In this document: piece by piece, positions 1-9,608 of the stretch
Layout: every line of letters starts with the position of its first letter
How positions within the stretch are numbered: the stretch's first letter is position 1
From: a bacterium
GTDB taxonomy: Bacteria; Electryoneota; Electryoneia; Electryoneales; Electryoneaceae
Reading direction: 5' to 3'
Assembly: GCA_043801585.1 (NCBI GenBank)
Contig: JAZDLX010000179.1
Span: 1 to 64,000 of the forward strand
Length of the DNA stretch: 64,000 bases
Program-made: the position numbers and the translations under genes
The notes under the pieces: generated by a model
What the model saw: only the letters and a program-made list of their open reading frames with translations
Told to the model about the DNA's origin: nothing
The model's database searches: none

Positions 1-76
1 TCTCGGCGTGAAGGAAAAGTTGCCCTCCTTTGGCTACCTTCCCGCAGGAGCCTTGAATTCAACCGGGGGAGGTTTC

Positions 77-2209
77 ATGAGACGCGTGTCAACCGTTTTC
101 GCCGCCATTCTACTGCTGTCCTTTTCGACTGTCCGAGCACAGCAACCTTATTTGTATCCGCCGACTGAAGTCAGGCCGATAGTCGACAACTACCACGGCG
201 TAGAGATTGTCGACGATTATCAATGGCATGAAAACAGTGACGACCCGGCGGTCCAGGCATGGGTCGAATCGGAACAGGCATTCACACACTCCTACATCGA
301 CACCCTCCCGCAACTTGACTACCTGATGCAGCGGTTTGAAAAGCTCTGGCGTTATGACAAGGATGATGTGCCGAACCGTGTGTTGAATGGCGAGAAGGTT
401 TTTTTCATGCGATCGCTGGGGGACAAGGAAAAGTCGATATACATGACCCGTGTGAGTACCCACGCGGAGGCGGAAGTCGTGCTCGACCCCAACACCTGGG
501 ATCCGATTGAAACCCTCGACAAGCCCGCACCATCCCGTGACGGGCATTACCTCGCATACGGTGTCGCGCACGGCGGTGATGAAAATCCGCGCGTGCGGGT
601 GCTCGATCTGACCACGGGCGACTACCTGCCAGATACGCTCAGTGGCTGGCAGCAGGAAGTGGCATCATGGCTGCCGGATAACTCAGGTTTCTATTATGTC
701 GCAAATCCTGTCGCGGGAGAGGTGCCCGAAGGAGAGGAGTATTATTGGCAGCGTGTATACTTCCACAAACTTGGCACTCCGGGCGGATTGGACCCCGTCG
801 TCTGGTCCGACTCTGAGGTGAAAGAGCGCTGGCACTATGTAGACGTCAGCGAAGATGGGCAGTATGAAATCTTCTGGAAGGGTGTTTACTACGCCAACGA
901 AATCCGTTTCCGCAAGGTGGGCGATCAAGGTGCGCCGAAAATCTTGACGGACGCTATGGACGCCCAGTACAATCCAATTTTTATCGGGGACAACATTCTG
1001 ATCTGGACGGACAAGGACGCTCCGATGGGGATGGTGTACATCGCAAGCGCCAAGAAACCCCTGCAGAAGAAGTGGAAAGTACTCATCCCGGAGAGCGAGG
1101 ATAAACTTGAAGACATTAACGCCATCGGCGGACGGATCTATGTCACCTACATGCACAATGCCAGCACCCGTATCGCCGTGTACGACATGAAGGGAAAACC
1201 TCTCCGCGACATCGCCCTGCCGACCCTCGGTGCGGGGAAAATCAGCGGGCACTGGAAATATCCGGAGGTATGGGTGAGTTTCAGCTCTTTCAACTACCCG
1301 CCGACGGTATTCCTGTACGATTTCGACAACGACAAGCTTGTCGAGTACAGCAGGACGACGGTGGATGTCGATGTGGACGCCTATGAAGTCGAGCAGCAGT
1401 GGTTCCCGAGCAAGGATGGGACCCGGGTGTCGATGTTTCTGGTACACAGGAAAGGACTCGAGAAAAACGGCGACAATCCCACCCTGCTTTACGGTTACGG
1501 GGGTTTCAACATCTCCGAGACGCCTTACTTCTCGACGACCAACATCACCTGGCTGGAGCTGGGGGGTGTGTTCGCACTGGTCAACCTGCGCGGAGGAGGG
1601 GAGTACGGAGAGGAATGGCACAAGGCGGGAATGTTCGAGAAGAAACAGAACGTTTTTGACGATTTTATCGCGGCCGCGGAATACCTGATCAATGAAGGTT
1701 ACACCAGCAGCAAGCGACTCGTGATCGCCGGAGGGTCGAACGGCGGGTTGCTGACAGGTGCGTGCGTCGTCCAAAGGCCGGATCTGTTTGCCGGTGTGGA
1801 ATCGGCCGTTCCGCTCCTCGACATGCTGCGCTACCACACGAACAAGTACGCCAAGGTCTGGGCCGCGGAATACGGCGATTCGGACAATCCTGAACAGTTT
1901 CCCTATCTGCGGGCATACAGCCCCTACCACAACATTCCAGAGGGTGCCGTCTTCCCACCGACCCTGTTCACCGCCAGTGTCAACGACGCCCGTGTCCATC
2001 CCTACCACGCGCGCAAGATGGTGGCGAAGATGCAGGCTGTTGGCAAAGGCGGTCCGATTCTTTTCCTTGAACGGAAATCCTCCGGACATCAAGGGGGAAC
2101 AATGCTTTCAGTGAGGATGCGCCAGGCGGCGGAAACGCGGGCTTTCCTGATGCACTGCGCAGGGCTGAACGTTCCGGAAATCCAGGGCGAAGAGATGAAG
2201 GTAGAATAG
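77..2209 (+). CDS. Prolyl oligopeptidase (S9A), probably exported
   Basis: GGSNGG nucleophile motif, NDARV Asp, SGH His, LYGYGGF and NLRGGGEYG motifs; N-terminal signal peptide; GGAGG before ATG77. Confidence 0.92.
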   Translation: MRRVSTVFAAILLLSFSTVRAQQPYLYPPTEVRPIVDNYHGVEIVDDYQWHENSDDPAVQAWVESEQAFTHSYIDTLPQLDYLMQRFEKLWRYDKDDVPNRVLNGEKVFFMRSLGDKEKSIYMTRVSTHAEAEVVLDPNTWDPIETLDKPAPSRDGHYLAYGVAHGGDENPRVRVLDLTTGDYLPDTLSGWQQEVASWLPDNSGFYYVANPVAGEVPEGEEYYWQRVYFHKLGTPGGLDPVVWSDSEVKERWHYVDVSEDGQYEIFWKGVYYANEIRFRKVGDQGAPKILTDAMDAQYNPIFIGDNILIWTDKDAPMGMVYIASAKKPLQKKWKVLIPESEDKLEDINAIGGRIYVTYMHNASTRIAVYDMKGKPLRDIALPTLGAGKISGHWKYPEVWVSFSSFNYPPTVFLYDFDNDKLVEYSRTTVDVDVDAYEVEQQWFPSKDGTRVSMFLVHRKGLEKNGDNPTLLYGYGGFNISETPYFSTTNITWLELGGVFALVNLRGGGEYGEEWHKAGMFEKKQNVFDDFIAAAEYLINEGYTSSKRLVIAGGSNGGLLTGACVVQRPDLFAGVESAVPLLDMLRYHTNKYAKVWAAEYGDSDNPEQFPYLRAYSPYHNIPEGAVFPPTLFTASVNDARVHPYHARKMVAKMQAVGKGGPILFLERKSSGHQGGTMLSVRMRQAAETRAFLMHCAGLNVPEIQGEEMKVE

Positions 2210-2446
2210 GATCGATTGACTGAAATGACCAGGCGGGATATCCAGTAATGGGGGTTCCGCTTTATCAATCGCCTGGAATTCGAAGGCTGTTTATTGAATT
2301 GACAGATCCTGTACCGCGAACCCGCTTGATCGAAACGATTGAAGAATTCCGTTTCATTGTTCAAATCAGGCTGAAGGCGTTGACTTGCAGAGAGAGAATC
2401 TGAATTTTACCCTGCAATGGAGACAGCACCTAAAAGGGAGGAGAGG

Positions 2447-3652
2447 ATGACAGGCGCAGCCTTTACACGCGAGGAACTGGCTGGACGGATCGAGCGGCTG
2501 CGGGAATCGATCCGGGAGTTGAAGTTGGACGGCGCGCTGATCCTCCAGCGGGCGGATCTGATCTATTACACCGGCGCGGTGTTCCAGGGGGCGTTGGCTG
2601 TTTCCGCAAAGGACGGCGCGATCCTTTTTGTCTGGCGTGGCCGTGGGTTGATCGGCGAGGAGGTACCCGTCGAGGTTCGTCCCGTATACAGTTTCGGTGG
2701 CCTCCATGAAGATTTGAAACAGGCAAACCTGACAGCCTGGAAACGGATCGGGATGGAGGAGGATGTTCTCCCGGTTTCGATGTACCGCCGGTTGATGGAC
2801 AAACTGTGGATCTCCGGCGAATCGGTGGACATTTCTCCGGTCATCCGCCGGCAGCGGAGTGTCAAGAGTAAAGCTGAATTGGTCCGAATACGGCACAGCG
2901 GACAGGTGCTATCGCTCGGCTTTGAATCGTTGCGGGAAATTATTCGTGAAGGACTCTACGAGTATGAGGCACAGGCGTTGATGGATATTGTGATGCGAGG
3001 GGCGGGCGACCAGGCCGGCGGGAGGACACGAGGGTTTAACGCCGAAGCGCGGGGAGTTGTCGCCTGTGGAGCGTCTGCGGCAGTGCCCAATGCGTTCGAC
3101 GGACCCATCGGCCAGCCGGGCCGGAACCCTCTCGCACCGATGGGTGCGGGAAACGCTCAAATTAAGGTCGGCGAACCGATACTTGTCGATCACACCGCCG
3201 GTGTCGATGGCTACATGACGGACATGACACGCACCTACGCCATCGGGAAACTGGATTCACGGTTCCTTGAAGCCCATGATTTCTGCGTCGAGCTGCACCT
3301 TCAGGTGATGAAACGGCTCGTTCCCGGAGCGGTTCCGGCGGAGATTTATGAATGGGCGCTGGAGGAGGCGAAACGGGCGGGATACGAGGAAAACTTCATG
3401 AACCGGGGAGAAAGCAGGGTCCGTTTCCTCGGTCACGGCATCGGCATCGAGATGGACGAATGGCCTGTGCTGGCACGTTCTTTTACCGATCCTCTTGAGG
3501 AAAATACAATTCTCGCGGTCGAGCCGAAGATCATCTATGACGACGGTGGCGTGGGAGTCGAGGATACAGTGATCGTAACGCCGAAGGGTGGAGTATCTGT
3601 GACGAAGATGGACCTCGGAATCGCCTCGGCGGGGTTAAAATCCGGGCAGTGA
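2447..3652 (+). CDS. Xaa-Pro peptidase family (M24) with creatinase-like N-domain
   Basis: YMTDMTRT, GHGIG, AVEPK and GVEDT metal-ligand motifs; GGAGAGG RBS. Confidence 0.9.
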   Translation: MTGAAFTREELAGRIERLRESIRELKLDGALILQRADLIYYTGAVFQGALAVSAKDGAILFVWRGRGLIGEEVPVEVRPVYSFGGLHEDLKQANLTAWKRIGMEEDVLPVSMYRRLMDKLWISGESVDISPVIRRQRSVKSKAELVRIRHSGQVLSLGFESLREIIREGLYEYEAQALMDIVMRGAGDQAGGRTRGFNAEARGVVACGASAAVPNAFDGPIGQPGRNPLAPMGAGNAQIKVGEPILVDHTAGVDGYMTDMTRTYAIGKLDSRFLEAHDFCVELHLQVMKRLVPGAVPAEIYEWALEEAKRAGYEENFMNRGESRVRFLGHGIGIEMDEWPVLARSFTDPLEENTILAVEPKIIYDDGGVGVEDTVIVTPKGGVSVTKMDLGIASAGLKSGQ

Positions 3653-3715
3653 ACAGAGCAAAGGGATGATAGCTTTATAACGGTGTTATTCATTCGATAC
3701 AGCCGACTGAGGTGG

Positions 3716-4834
3716 ATGATGAGACGGTTTCTGATCTTTATCTGTCTGTCTGCGTTTCCATTGATCGCACATAGCGAGACGCTCTTTCCCGGAGTTATGG
3801 GGGAAGCATTGATCGATTCGCTGCAGGCGCATTTCACGCCCGATCCGGCGATTGACGTGCTCAATTACAGCACCTGTCGGGATACGTTGTACGCAGTGAT
3901 AGACAACCACTCGAAGACTGTCGAGGATGTCTATTCGGGATATCAGGCAGTGTTCGACCCGGAGTGGATGTATGATCCTGACAAGCTTTACGATCCGACA
4001 GAATACCTGTTCTCCGATTCAATCAAGATCAACGCGGAACACACATGGCCTAAAAGCCTTTTTGATGGGAATGAACCGCTATTCAGCGACATGCACCACA
4101 TTTTTCCTTGCTGGGAGAGGGTCAACGGCGATCGTGCAAATCTGCCGTTTGAGTATGTCGATCACCCGACAAAATGGTACTACGATAAAAACGTTTATAC
4201 ATCTCAACCTGATAGTGCAGATCTACCGCTTTACAGCCGTGGTAACTCGACGATGTTTGAAGTGAGGGACGTGCAAAAGGGAAACACCGCACGAGCCGTC
4301 TTCTACATGTGGGCGATCTACCAAAACTCCGTGGCGATGCAGTACAACCACGCTGCGGAAAATCAGAGTTTCTTCGACACAATGAAAGACGACCTGCTGC
4401 AGTGGCATCGGGGCGATCCGCCCGACTCGCTGGAGATCGCGAGGAGCGAAATGATCGCCTACTACCAGGGCAACCAGAATCCATTCGTCCTCGATTCCAG
4501 CCTGGTCGCGCGGGCGTTTTTCAACGTGGTTCACACCCCCGACTCGCCGCTGAGTTCCGCACTACCGGAAAGGTTTGGCATTACGAGTGTCTACCCCAAC
4601 CCGTTCAACCCGAGTACGACTGTAGTGCTGAGTGTGCCGGAAACAATGGCGGTTCAAGCGACGGTATTCAACATGCTCGGTCAGAGAGTCGCAACACTGG
4701 CCGATGGTACCTTCCCTGCAGGGTATCATACCCTGGTTCTCGACGGCACGAATATCGCCAGCGGGCTTTACCTGCTCCGGGTTTCATCATCGAACGGCCT
4801 GGAGGCTGTCCGCAGGATCACGCTCGTCCGTTAG
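3716..4834 (+). CDS. Secreted endonuclease I-family nuclease with T9SS-like C-terminal sorting domain
   Basis: NAEHTWPKS, SDMHHIFP, KGNTARAVFYM and GNQNPFV motifs; signal peptide; CTD YPNPFNP...ASGLYLLR. Confidence 0.85.
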   Translation: MMRRFLIFICLSAFPLIAHSETLFPGVMGEALIDSLQAHFTPDPAIDVLNYSTCRDTLYAVIDNHSKTVEDVYSGYQAVFDPEWMYDPDKLYDPTEYLFSDSIKINAEHTWPKSLFDGNEPLFSDMHHIFPCWERVNGDRANLPFEYVDHPTKWYYDKNVYTSQPDSADLPLYSRGNSTMFEVRDVQKGNTARAVFYMWAIYQNSVAMQYNHAAENQSFFDTMKDDLLQWHRGDPPDSLEIARSEMIAYYQGNQNPFVLDSSLVARAFFNVVHTPDSPLSSALPERFGITSVYPNPFNPSTTVVLSVPETMAVQATVFNMLGQRVATLADGTFPAGYHTLVLDGTNIASGLYLLRVSSSNGLEAVRRITLVR

Positions 4835-4947
4835 CAGTAAGGAAAGGCAATAGTATCCAGACAGTTTTGAAGCAATGATCTCCTGAACTGTTCGTAAACG
4901 GGGACGCGTACCTTTTTGCTGCTCAAAAAGAGAACATGTCCCCGCTG

Positions 4948-5062
4948 TGTCATCACCAGTGCCGATTTATCGGCACGCGGCGATCTCCAAACGGCGATAT
5001 CGGCGAAACACTGAATTGGAGATTGCCACGGATCCCGAAGAGTCGGAATCCTGGCAATGACA
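4948..5062. repeat. Branched palindromic REP-like element (TGTCAT...ATGACA)
   Basis: TGTCATCACCAG / CTGGCAATGACA and CGCGGCGATCTCCAA / TTGGAGATTGCCACG pair with 2 mismatches each; each half carries an inner hairpin. Confidence 0.7.
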
Positions 5063-5136
5063 CCTGATTGCATATTCATCGTTGTGGCAGATCCGCTAAT
5101 GGCATACGGACACCAAGGAACCGATGGATCAGTTAT

Positions 5137-5167
5137 AAAAAAGGTCCGCTTCCTTTCGGAAGCGGAC
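5137..5167 (-). terminator. Intrinsic terminator of the TonB receptor-DUF4249 operon
   Basis: 10-bp stem GTCCGCTTCC / GGAAGCGGAC, GAAA loop and T6 tract on the minus strand. Confidence 0.8.
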
Positions 5168-5192
5168 TCGATTAAATACCTGCCAGGTACGG

Positions 5193-6149
5193 TCATTCCG
5201 ACCGTGCAATCGTGAGGTAAATCTCTTTTCTCGTTGTTGCACCAAAGATACCCCTTCCGCCGTGAACGTTCGTGTAGACGTTCTGGGTGGATCCATACGA
5301 GAAGACGAGACTTGTAAACATGTAGTTGTAATACTCGTACGAACCCGCCACTACGGACACCCGAGTCGATCCCGACCAGAAAAACGTCGCTCCGACGAGT
5401 GTGATCGCGTGCTGGTAATCCGGAGCAGGCTGGTAGAAATAAAGGGGAATGCTCCCGAGAAGATCGATGGTGTCCTGGTCCTCAAGGTCAAATGTAGTGT
5501 CAAGCGGTACGACCTCTTCCCGTGGCATCAGGGTGAGGACGCCCAACTCATAACCGTCCGCTCCCGCCGATTCGGACCATTCGAAATAAAGTGGAGCGTC
5601 CACTCGGGTGAGCGTATCACCGCGCGGACCCTGGTAGGTCAGTGTGGTGGGATCGATGCTCACCGGAGCGCCATCCTGGGTGATATTCCAGGAGAAGGTA
5701 TCCGGCACAGTCGTCTCCGCATGGATATCGACTTCCGACGATTTGACTTTCATCCGGTAGCGAACGAGAGACTCCGGGAAGAACGCCGGGTTGTCAGGCG
5801 CGTATCTGCCGCCGAGACCTGTATCGTGGAAGTAAAGGGTGCGGCCCGAAGAATCGGCAGCGGAACCGTCGGCATTGAGCACTGGGAACATGGCAACGTG
5901 CGCGTTGGCGACTCCGAGGTGGTCGGGGTCGTAAGGTGCATGGAATTTTCCAACCCATTCCACATAGATCGTGTCTACCGCCTCGCCGTTGTGAATGAAT
6001 GCCGTGAGTACCGGTTCAGGATCATAGTTCTCCAGTTCCAGGGGATTGTCATCGCACCCGGCAGTAACCAGCATCGCGGCGAGGAGAAGCGTTATCCAGC
6101 CGAGACGGATGAAGCAGCAGCTATCGTGTATTTGCTTTTTCGCGAACAT
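5193..6149 (-). CDS. DUF4249-like lipoprotein, partner of the TonB receptor
   Basis: Lipobox VTAG-C; C-terminal TNVHGGRGIFG motif; directly follows the TBDR. Confidence 0.75.
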   Translation of the reverse strand: MFAKKQIHDSCCFIRLGWITLLLAAMLVTAGCDDNPLELENYDPEPVLTAFIHNGEAVDTIYVEWVGKFHAPYDPDHLGVANAHVAMFPVLNADGSAADSSGRTLYFHDTGLGGRYAPDNPAFFPESLVRYRMKVKSSEVDIHAETTVPDTFSWNITQDGAPVSIDPTTLTYQGPRGDTLTRVDAPLYFEWSESAGADGYELGVLTLMPREEVVPLDTTFDLEDQDTIDLLGSIPLYFYQPAPDYQHAITLVGATFFWSGSTRVSVVAGSYEYYNYMFTSLVFSYGSTQNVYTNVHGGRGIFGATTRKEIYLTIARSE

Positions 6150-6151
6150 GA

Positions 6152-8452
6152 TCAAAACCTCACTTCGTAGGAAACCAACGGCAAAATCGGGAGCAGCTTG
6201 ACATCCTCATACGTCACCGGATTCTCCATGGTGTCGTAGGAACGTGTGAAAATCGCACGACGGTTGTAGGCGTTGTAAACCGTCATTGTCAACGTGGCTG
6301 GCGCACCGAACAGGTGATGATGCCAGCTTGCATTCAGGTCAAGGCGGTGATCCGCGGGAAAGCGGTAGTTGTTCTGCCCACCGTAGATGATCTTCCGGCC
6401 ATCGGACGAGAGGGCGTTATCCGGGATGCCATCAAAGCGGATTGTGTAGATGCCGATGCCCTGTGTGTAACCCTGACCGGTGTTATATCGCCACTGCCCG
6501 GAGACGTCCCAACGTTTGTTAATACGGTACATGCCGACGAGAATCACATCATGCCTACGGTCCCATTTCGGGTAAAACCAATCGCCGTTGTTCAGGTAGG
6601 TTCCCGGGAACCGTCGCTTCGACCACGAAAGCGAATAACCGATCCAACCGGTGAACCGTCCACCGTTCTTCTTGCGCAGCAGCCACTCGAACCCCCAGGC
6701 TCGTCCCTCACCGTCGAGAAAGGCGTCCGATGCCTGATGGCCCTCGTCAATGGTCTGATCTGAAGTGAAGACGTGGTTCAGCCGGTTGTAATAGGTCTCA
6801 AAAGTGAACTCGTGATACTCCTTGAAATCCCACTCCCACCCGAGAACGACCTGATCAGAATTTGTCGGGTTGAGGGAACCATCCTGGGGTACCCAGACGT
6901 CAAAAAAGCTCAGTGCATCCCCGGCAGACATGACGTTCACGAATTGCGAATATTTTCCGCCTGCCATCTTGAAACGTATCTCCGGGCTGTAATGATAGAC
7001 GAGGGAGAAGCGGGGATCGACGATGAGTCCGTCGATCAACTCGTGACGATACACCCGGATGCCGGGCATGATCTCCAGCATCGGATTCAGTTTCCACTGG
7101 TCCTGGATGTAAACCGAAAGGTTGTAGGAAGACGCCTTGACATCCATGTAGTAGGTGTCTTCCGACCGGTTCAGGACGTCCACAGTATAGTTGCTGAACA
7201 TCAAGCCGGTTTTCATTCGGTGATTCGGCACTCCGAGGTATTCGAAATCGGCACGCATGTTGGTGTCGTCGAAATGGTTGATGAATTCCTGAAAGGTGAC
7301 GTCGGGACGCCCCTCTTCGCCGCGATCCACGAATTCGGCGCCGGATTCAAACTGGCTGTAAGCGCCTCCAACCGTCAGGAAGGCAGACCTTCCGAGGACC
7401 TGGCGAAGGCGTGCGGTGGAGGTTTTGTTTCCCCAGTGCACACCCGCATACACCCGTGCGTCATCCTCACCGAATTCAAAGTCCAAAACGTCTCGTCCGG
7501 TGTATCCACCGACTGTCAGCGTCGTCTTGTTGGTCAGATCAAAGTTTACCTTGCCGTTGGCGTCGTAGAAGAAATAGTTGGGCAGATCGGTGTTCATCAC
7601 GGTCCGTACAGCATCCAGAACCGGCTCCAGGTACGTCCTGCGTCCCGAGATCGCGTAGGATCCATGATTATTGATCGGCCCTTCAAGAGCGGCTCGCGCT
7701 GAAACCAGCCCCACAGAAACGAGGCCTTCCGTCTTGCGGCGGTTGCCGTCATTGGTGATCACTTCGAGCACGCTGCCCGCACGGCCGCCGTACTCAGCGG
7801 GAAATCCGCCCTTCATCAAATCGAGGCGTTTGACAGCGTCACCGTTGAAGGTGGAAAAGATTCCGAACATGTGCGACGGATTGTAGACAGTGCTCTGATC
7901 CATCAGAATCAGGGTCATGTCACTGCTGCCACCACGTACGTAGGGTGCGCTGCTCAGGTCGGATGTCGTTTTGACACCGGGAATGGACTGGATGACTCGA
8001 AGCACGTCAAGTTCCGCTCCCAGGGTGGGCACCATGCGGATTGTGTTCTGATCCACCGGCACGACGGAAACACGGGGGCTCTCCCGCTTGGCCGCTTCAC
8101 TCTCCTCCACGGTGTAGATCACTTCCTCAAGCTGGATGCTTTTCGGCAGCAGCTCAATATTCATCGGCTCCATCAATTTGTTGGTGACTGTCACCGACAA
8201 ATCACGGGCATGGTACCCGAGATAGGTGACGGTCAGCGTGTATTCGCCCGGATTCAGGGCGGGGATCAGAAAGAAACCATCCAGGTTGGTCGCCGAACCT
8301 CGCGACGATCCCTGTATCATTACGTTAGCGACCGGCAACGGTTCTCCGTTGGTACCGTCGATGACAAAACCGCGAATGGGTTGAGTCGCCCGTGCACTCG
8401 TCACCAACAGGAAAAGGGCAAGGACAAGTAAACCCGTCTTCTTCCAAAACAT
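6152..8452 (-). CDS. TonB-dependent receptor with N-terminal carboxypeptidase-regulatory-like domain
   Basis: GEPLPVANV, VRGG..D, KGGFPAEYGGRAGSVL plug motifs, HRLDL, C-terminal Phe. Confidence 0.9.
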   Translation of the reverse strand: MFWKKTGLLVLALFLLVTSARATQPIRGFVIDGTNGEPLPVANVMIQGSSRGSATNLDGFFLIPALNPGEYTLTVTYLGYHARDLSVTVTNKLMEPMNIELLPKSIQLEEVIYTVEESEAAKRESPRVSVVPVDQNTIRMVPTLGAELDVLRVIQSIPGVKTTSDLSSAPYVRGGSSDMTLILMDQSTVYNPSHMFGIFSTFNGDAVKRLDLMKGGFPAEYGGRAGSVLEVITNDGNRRKTEGLVSVGLVSARAALEGPINNHGSYAISGRRTYLEPVLDAVRTVMNTDLPNYFFYDANGKVNFDLTNKTTLTVGGYTGRDVLDFEFGEDDARVYAGVHWGNKTSTARLRQVLGRSAFLTVGGAYSQFESGAEFVDRGEEGRPDVTFQEFINHFDDTNMRADFEYLGVPNHRMKTGLMFSNYTVDVLNRSEDTYYMDVKASSYNLSVYIQDQWKLNPMLEIMPGIRVYRHELIDGLIVDPRFSLVYHYSPEIRFKMAGGKYSQFVNVMSAGDALSFFDVWVPQDGSLNPTNSDQVVLGWEWDFKEYHEFTFETYYNRLNHVFTSDQTIDEGHQASDAFLDGEGRAWGFEWLLRKKNGGRFTGWIGYSLSWSKRRFPGTYLNNGDWFYPKWDRRHDVILVGMYRINKRWDVSGQWRYNTGQGYTQGIGIYTIRFDGIPDNALSSDGRKIIYGGQNNYRFPADHRLDLNASWHHHLFGAPATLTMTVYNAYNRRAIFTRSYDTMENPVTYEDVKLLPILPLVSYEVRF

Positions 8453-8523
8453 GACCACCTCTCGTCACTTCAAATAATTTGTCCGGTTAACTGGCTGTCG
8501 ATATCTATCGTGTCGCGTTGCTT

Positions 8524-9162
8524 TCAAAAAGATCGTTGCTGCGGCGGAGTGTCGTTGAGGATGATGGATTCCGTCGATGCAATTTTATCAGGGGCGGACA
8601 GTCCCAAACTTCGAAATGCGTCGGCGATCACCGCCCCACCCACTTCTGCCAGCCAGTTTGCTACCCATTCCGCAGTCACGTCACAGATTTGGCCGGTGCA
8701 TATGTAAGCTGCAAGCCCGTGAGTCACGATGGACATCTTCTGCAGCAAGGATTTCAACTGTTCCCGTGGCATCTCCACAAACAGGGGATCGTTCGCCATC
8801 AGCTCCAGGTAGCGCTCCTGTACCTCCTGTGGGATGAATTCATATGGAGGCGTTTCGAAATTGAGCATTTTGTAAAGATTCGGTTCGTCCCGCGCCAGCA
8901 GGGTCATCCCGATCCCCATGTTGAGGAATGGGGCGCTGGTCCAGGGATGTGCCATATATTCAATCATGCGCTCGTTCGCCACGACATACACTGCCTTGGC
9001 CAATTCATCCATCGATGGAAAACAACTGTAGATCGGCGCTGTGGACGCTCCCATTTTTTCAGCAACGTTTCTCGCTGACAGCTGCGCGATTCCTCCCTCG
9101 CGGACGATCTGCAGGGCTGCCTGAACGATTTCCTCTTTTCCGAAACGCGCACTCGGCGGCAT
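8524..9162 (-). CDS. TetR/AcrR family transcriptional regulator
   Basis: N-terminal HTH LSARNVAEKMGASTAPIYSCF. Confidence 0.9.
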   Translation of the reverse strand: MPPSARFGKEEIVQAALQIVREGGIAQLSARNVAEKMGASTAPIYSCFPSMDELAKAVYVVANERMIEYMAHPWTSAPFLNMGIGMTLLARDEPNLYKMLNFETPPYEFIPQEVQERYLELMANDPLFVEMPREQLKSLLQKMSIVTHGLAAYICTGQICDVTAEWVANWLAEVGGAVIADAFRSLGLSAPDKIASTESIILNDTPPQQRSF

Positions 9163-9179
9163 GGCTTGCCTCTTAGGCG

Positions 9180-9230
9180 TAACAATCGTTATATAACAAT
9201 TATTATATAACGATTGTTATGTTAAGTCAA
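9180..9230 (-). promoter_or_regulatory. Sigma70-type promoter of tetR overlapped by a triple palindromic operator
   Basis: TTGACT (9230-9225) - 17 bp - TATAAT (9207-9202); three TAAC-N4-(G/A)TTA boxes at 14-bp spacing. Confidence 0.8.
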
Positions 9231-9608
9231 CTGCATTCTGTAAAGGTGCTCCGGGAGAGCCCAGCCCATGTTGAAGCTGCCCTTTGCCAACAGTGTGCCA
9301 ATGCGCCAGTGACAAGAGTGTGCTTATATTATTGATTGTTAATTCAGAGGTTAATCCCAACCCCCGGTGGCCGTTTAACTTCCTGCCCCTCGAGAAGGGT
9401 ATCGGAATACCATCACTTTTCCAACGCAGTGTTGCAAAGCGAACACATGTTGTCTTTCCCAGAGTCCGGCGGGAGATGTTGGTCAAAGGGAGATCTCAGG
9501 CTCGTGGAGTCGGGCATTGGATTGAGGAAAAATGCACTTTTGCGGAAATCGTCGCGGTAAGCCGAGTGGCATCATTACATCCAGGCAACGCTGAAGGGAT
9601 CCTCACGG

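Noticed and set aside
683..2092. Long antisense ORFs (also 5262-6170, 16404-17648, 45306-46607, 48604-49746, 55293-57107, 58552-59826)
   Set aside because: They lie opposite well-supported genes and have no motifs; typical shadow ORFs of GC-rich coding DNA
2229..2276. CCAGGCG...CGCCTGG stem after the prolyl oligopeptidase, considered as a riboswitch
   Set aside because: Short stem with no recognisable aptamer consensus
4858..4891. CAGACAGTTTTGAA...AACTGT resembling the RAYT repeat unit
   Set aside because: Match is too short and the partner arm is only 6 bp; may be chance
9285..9301. Sigma54-like TGGCAC-N5-TGGC on the minus strand
   Set aside because: Imperfect -12 box, and a better sigma70 promoter already explains tetR expression
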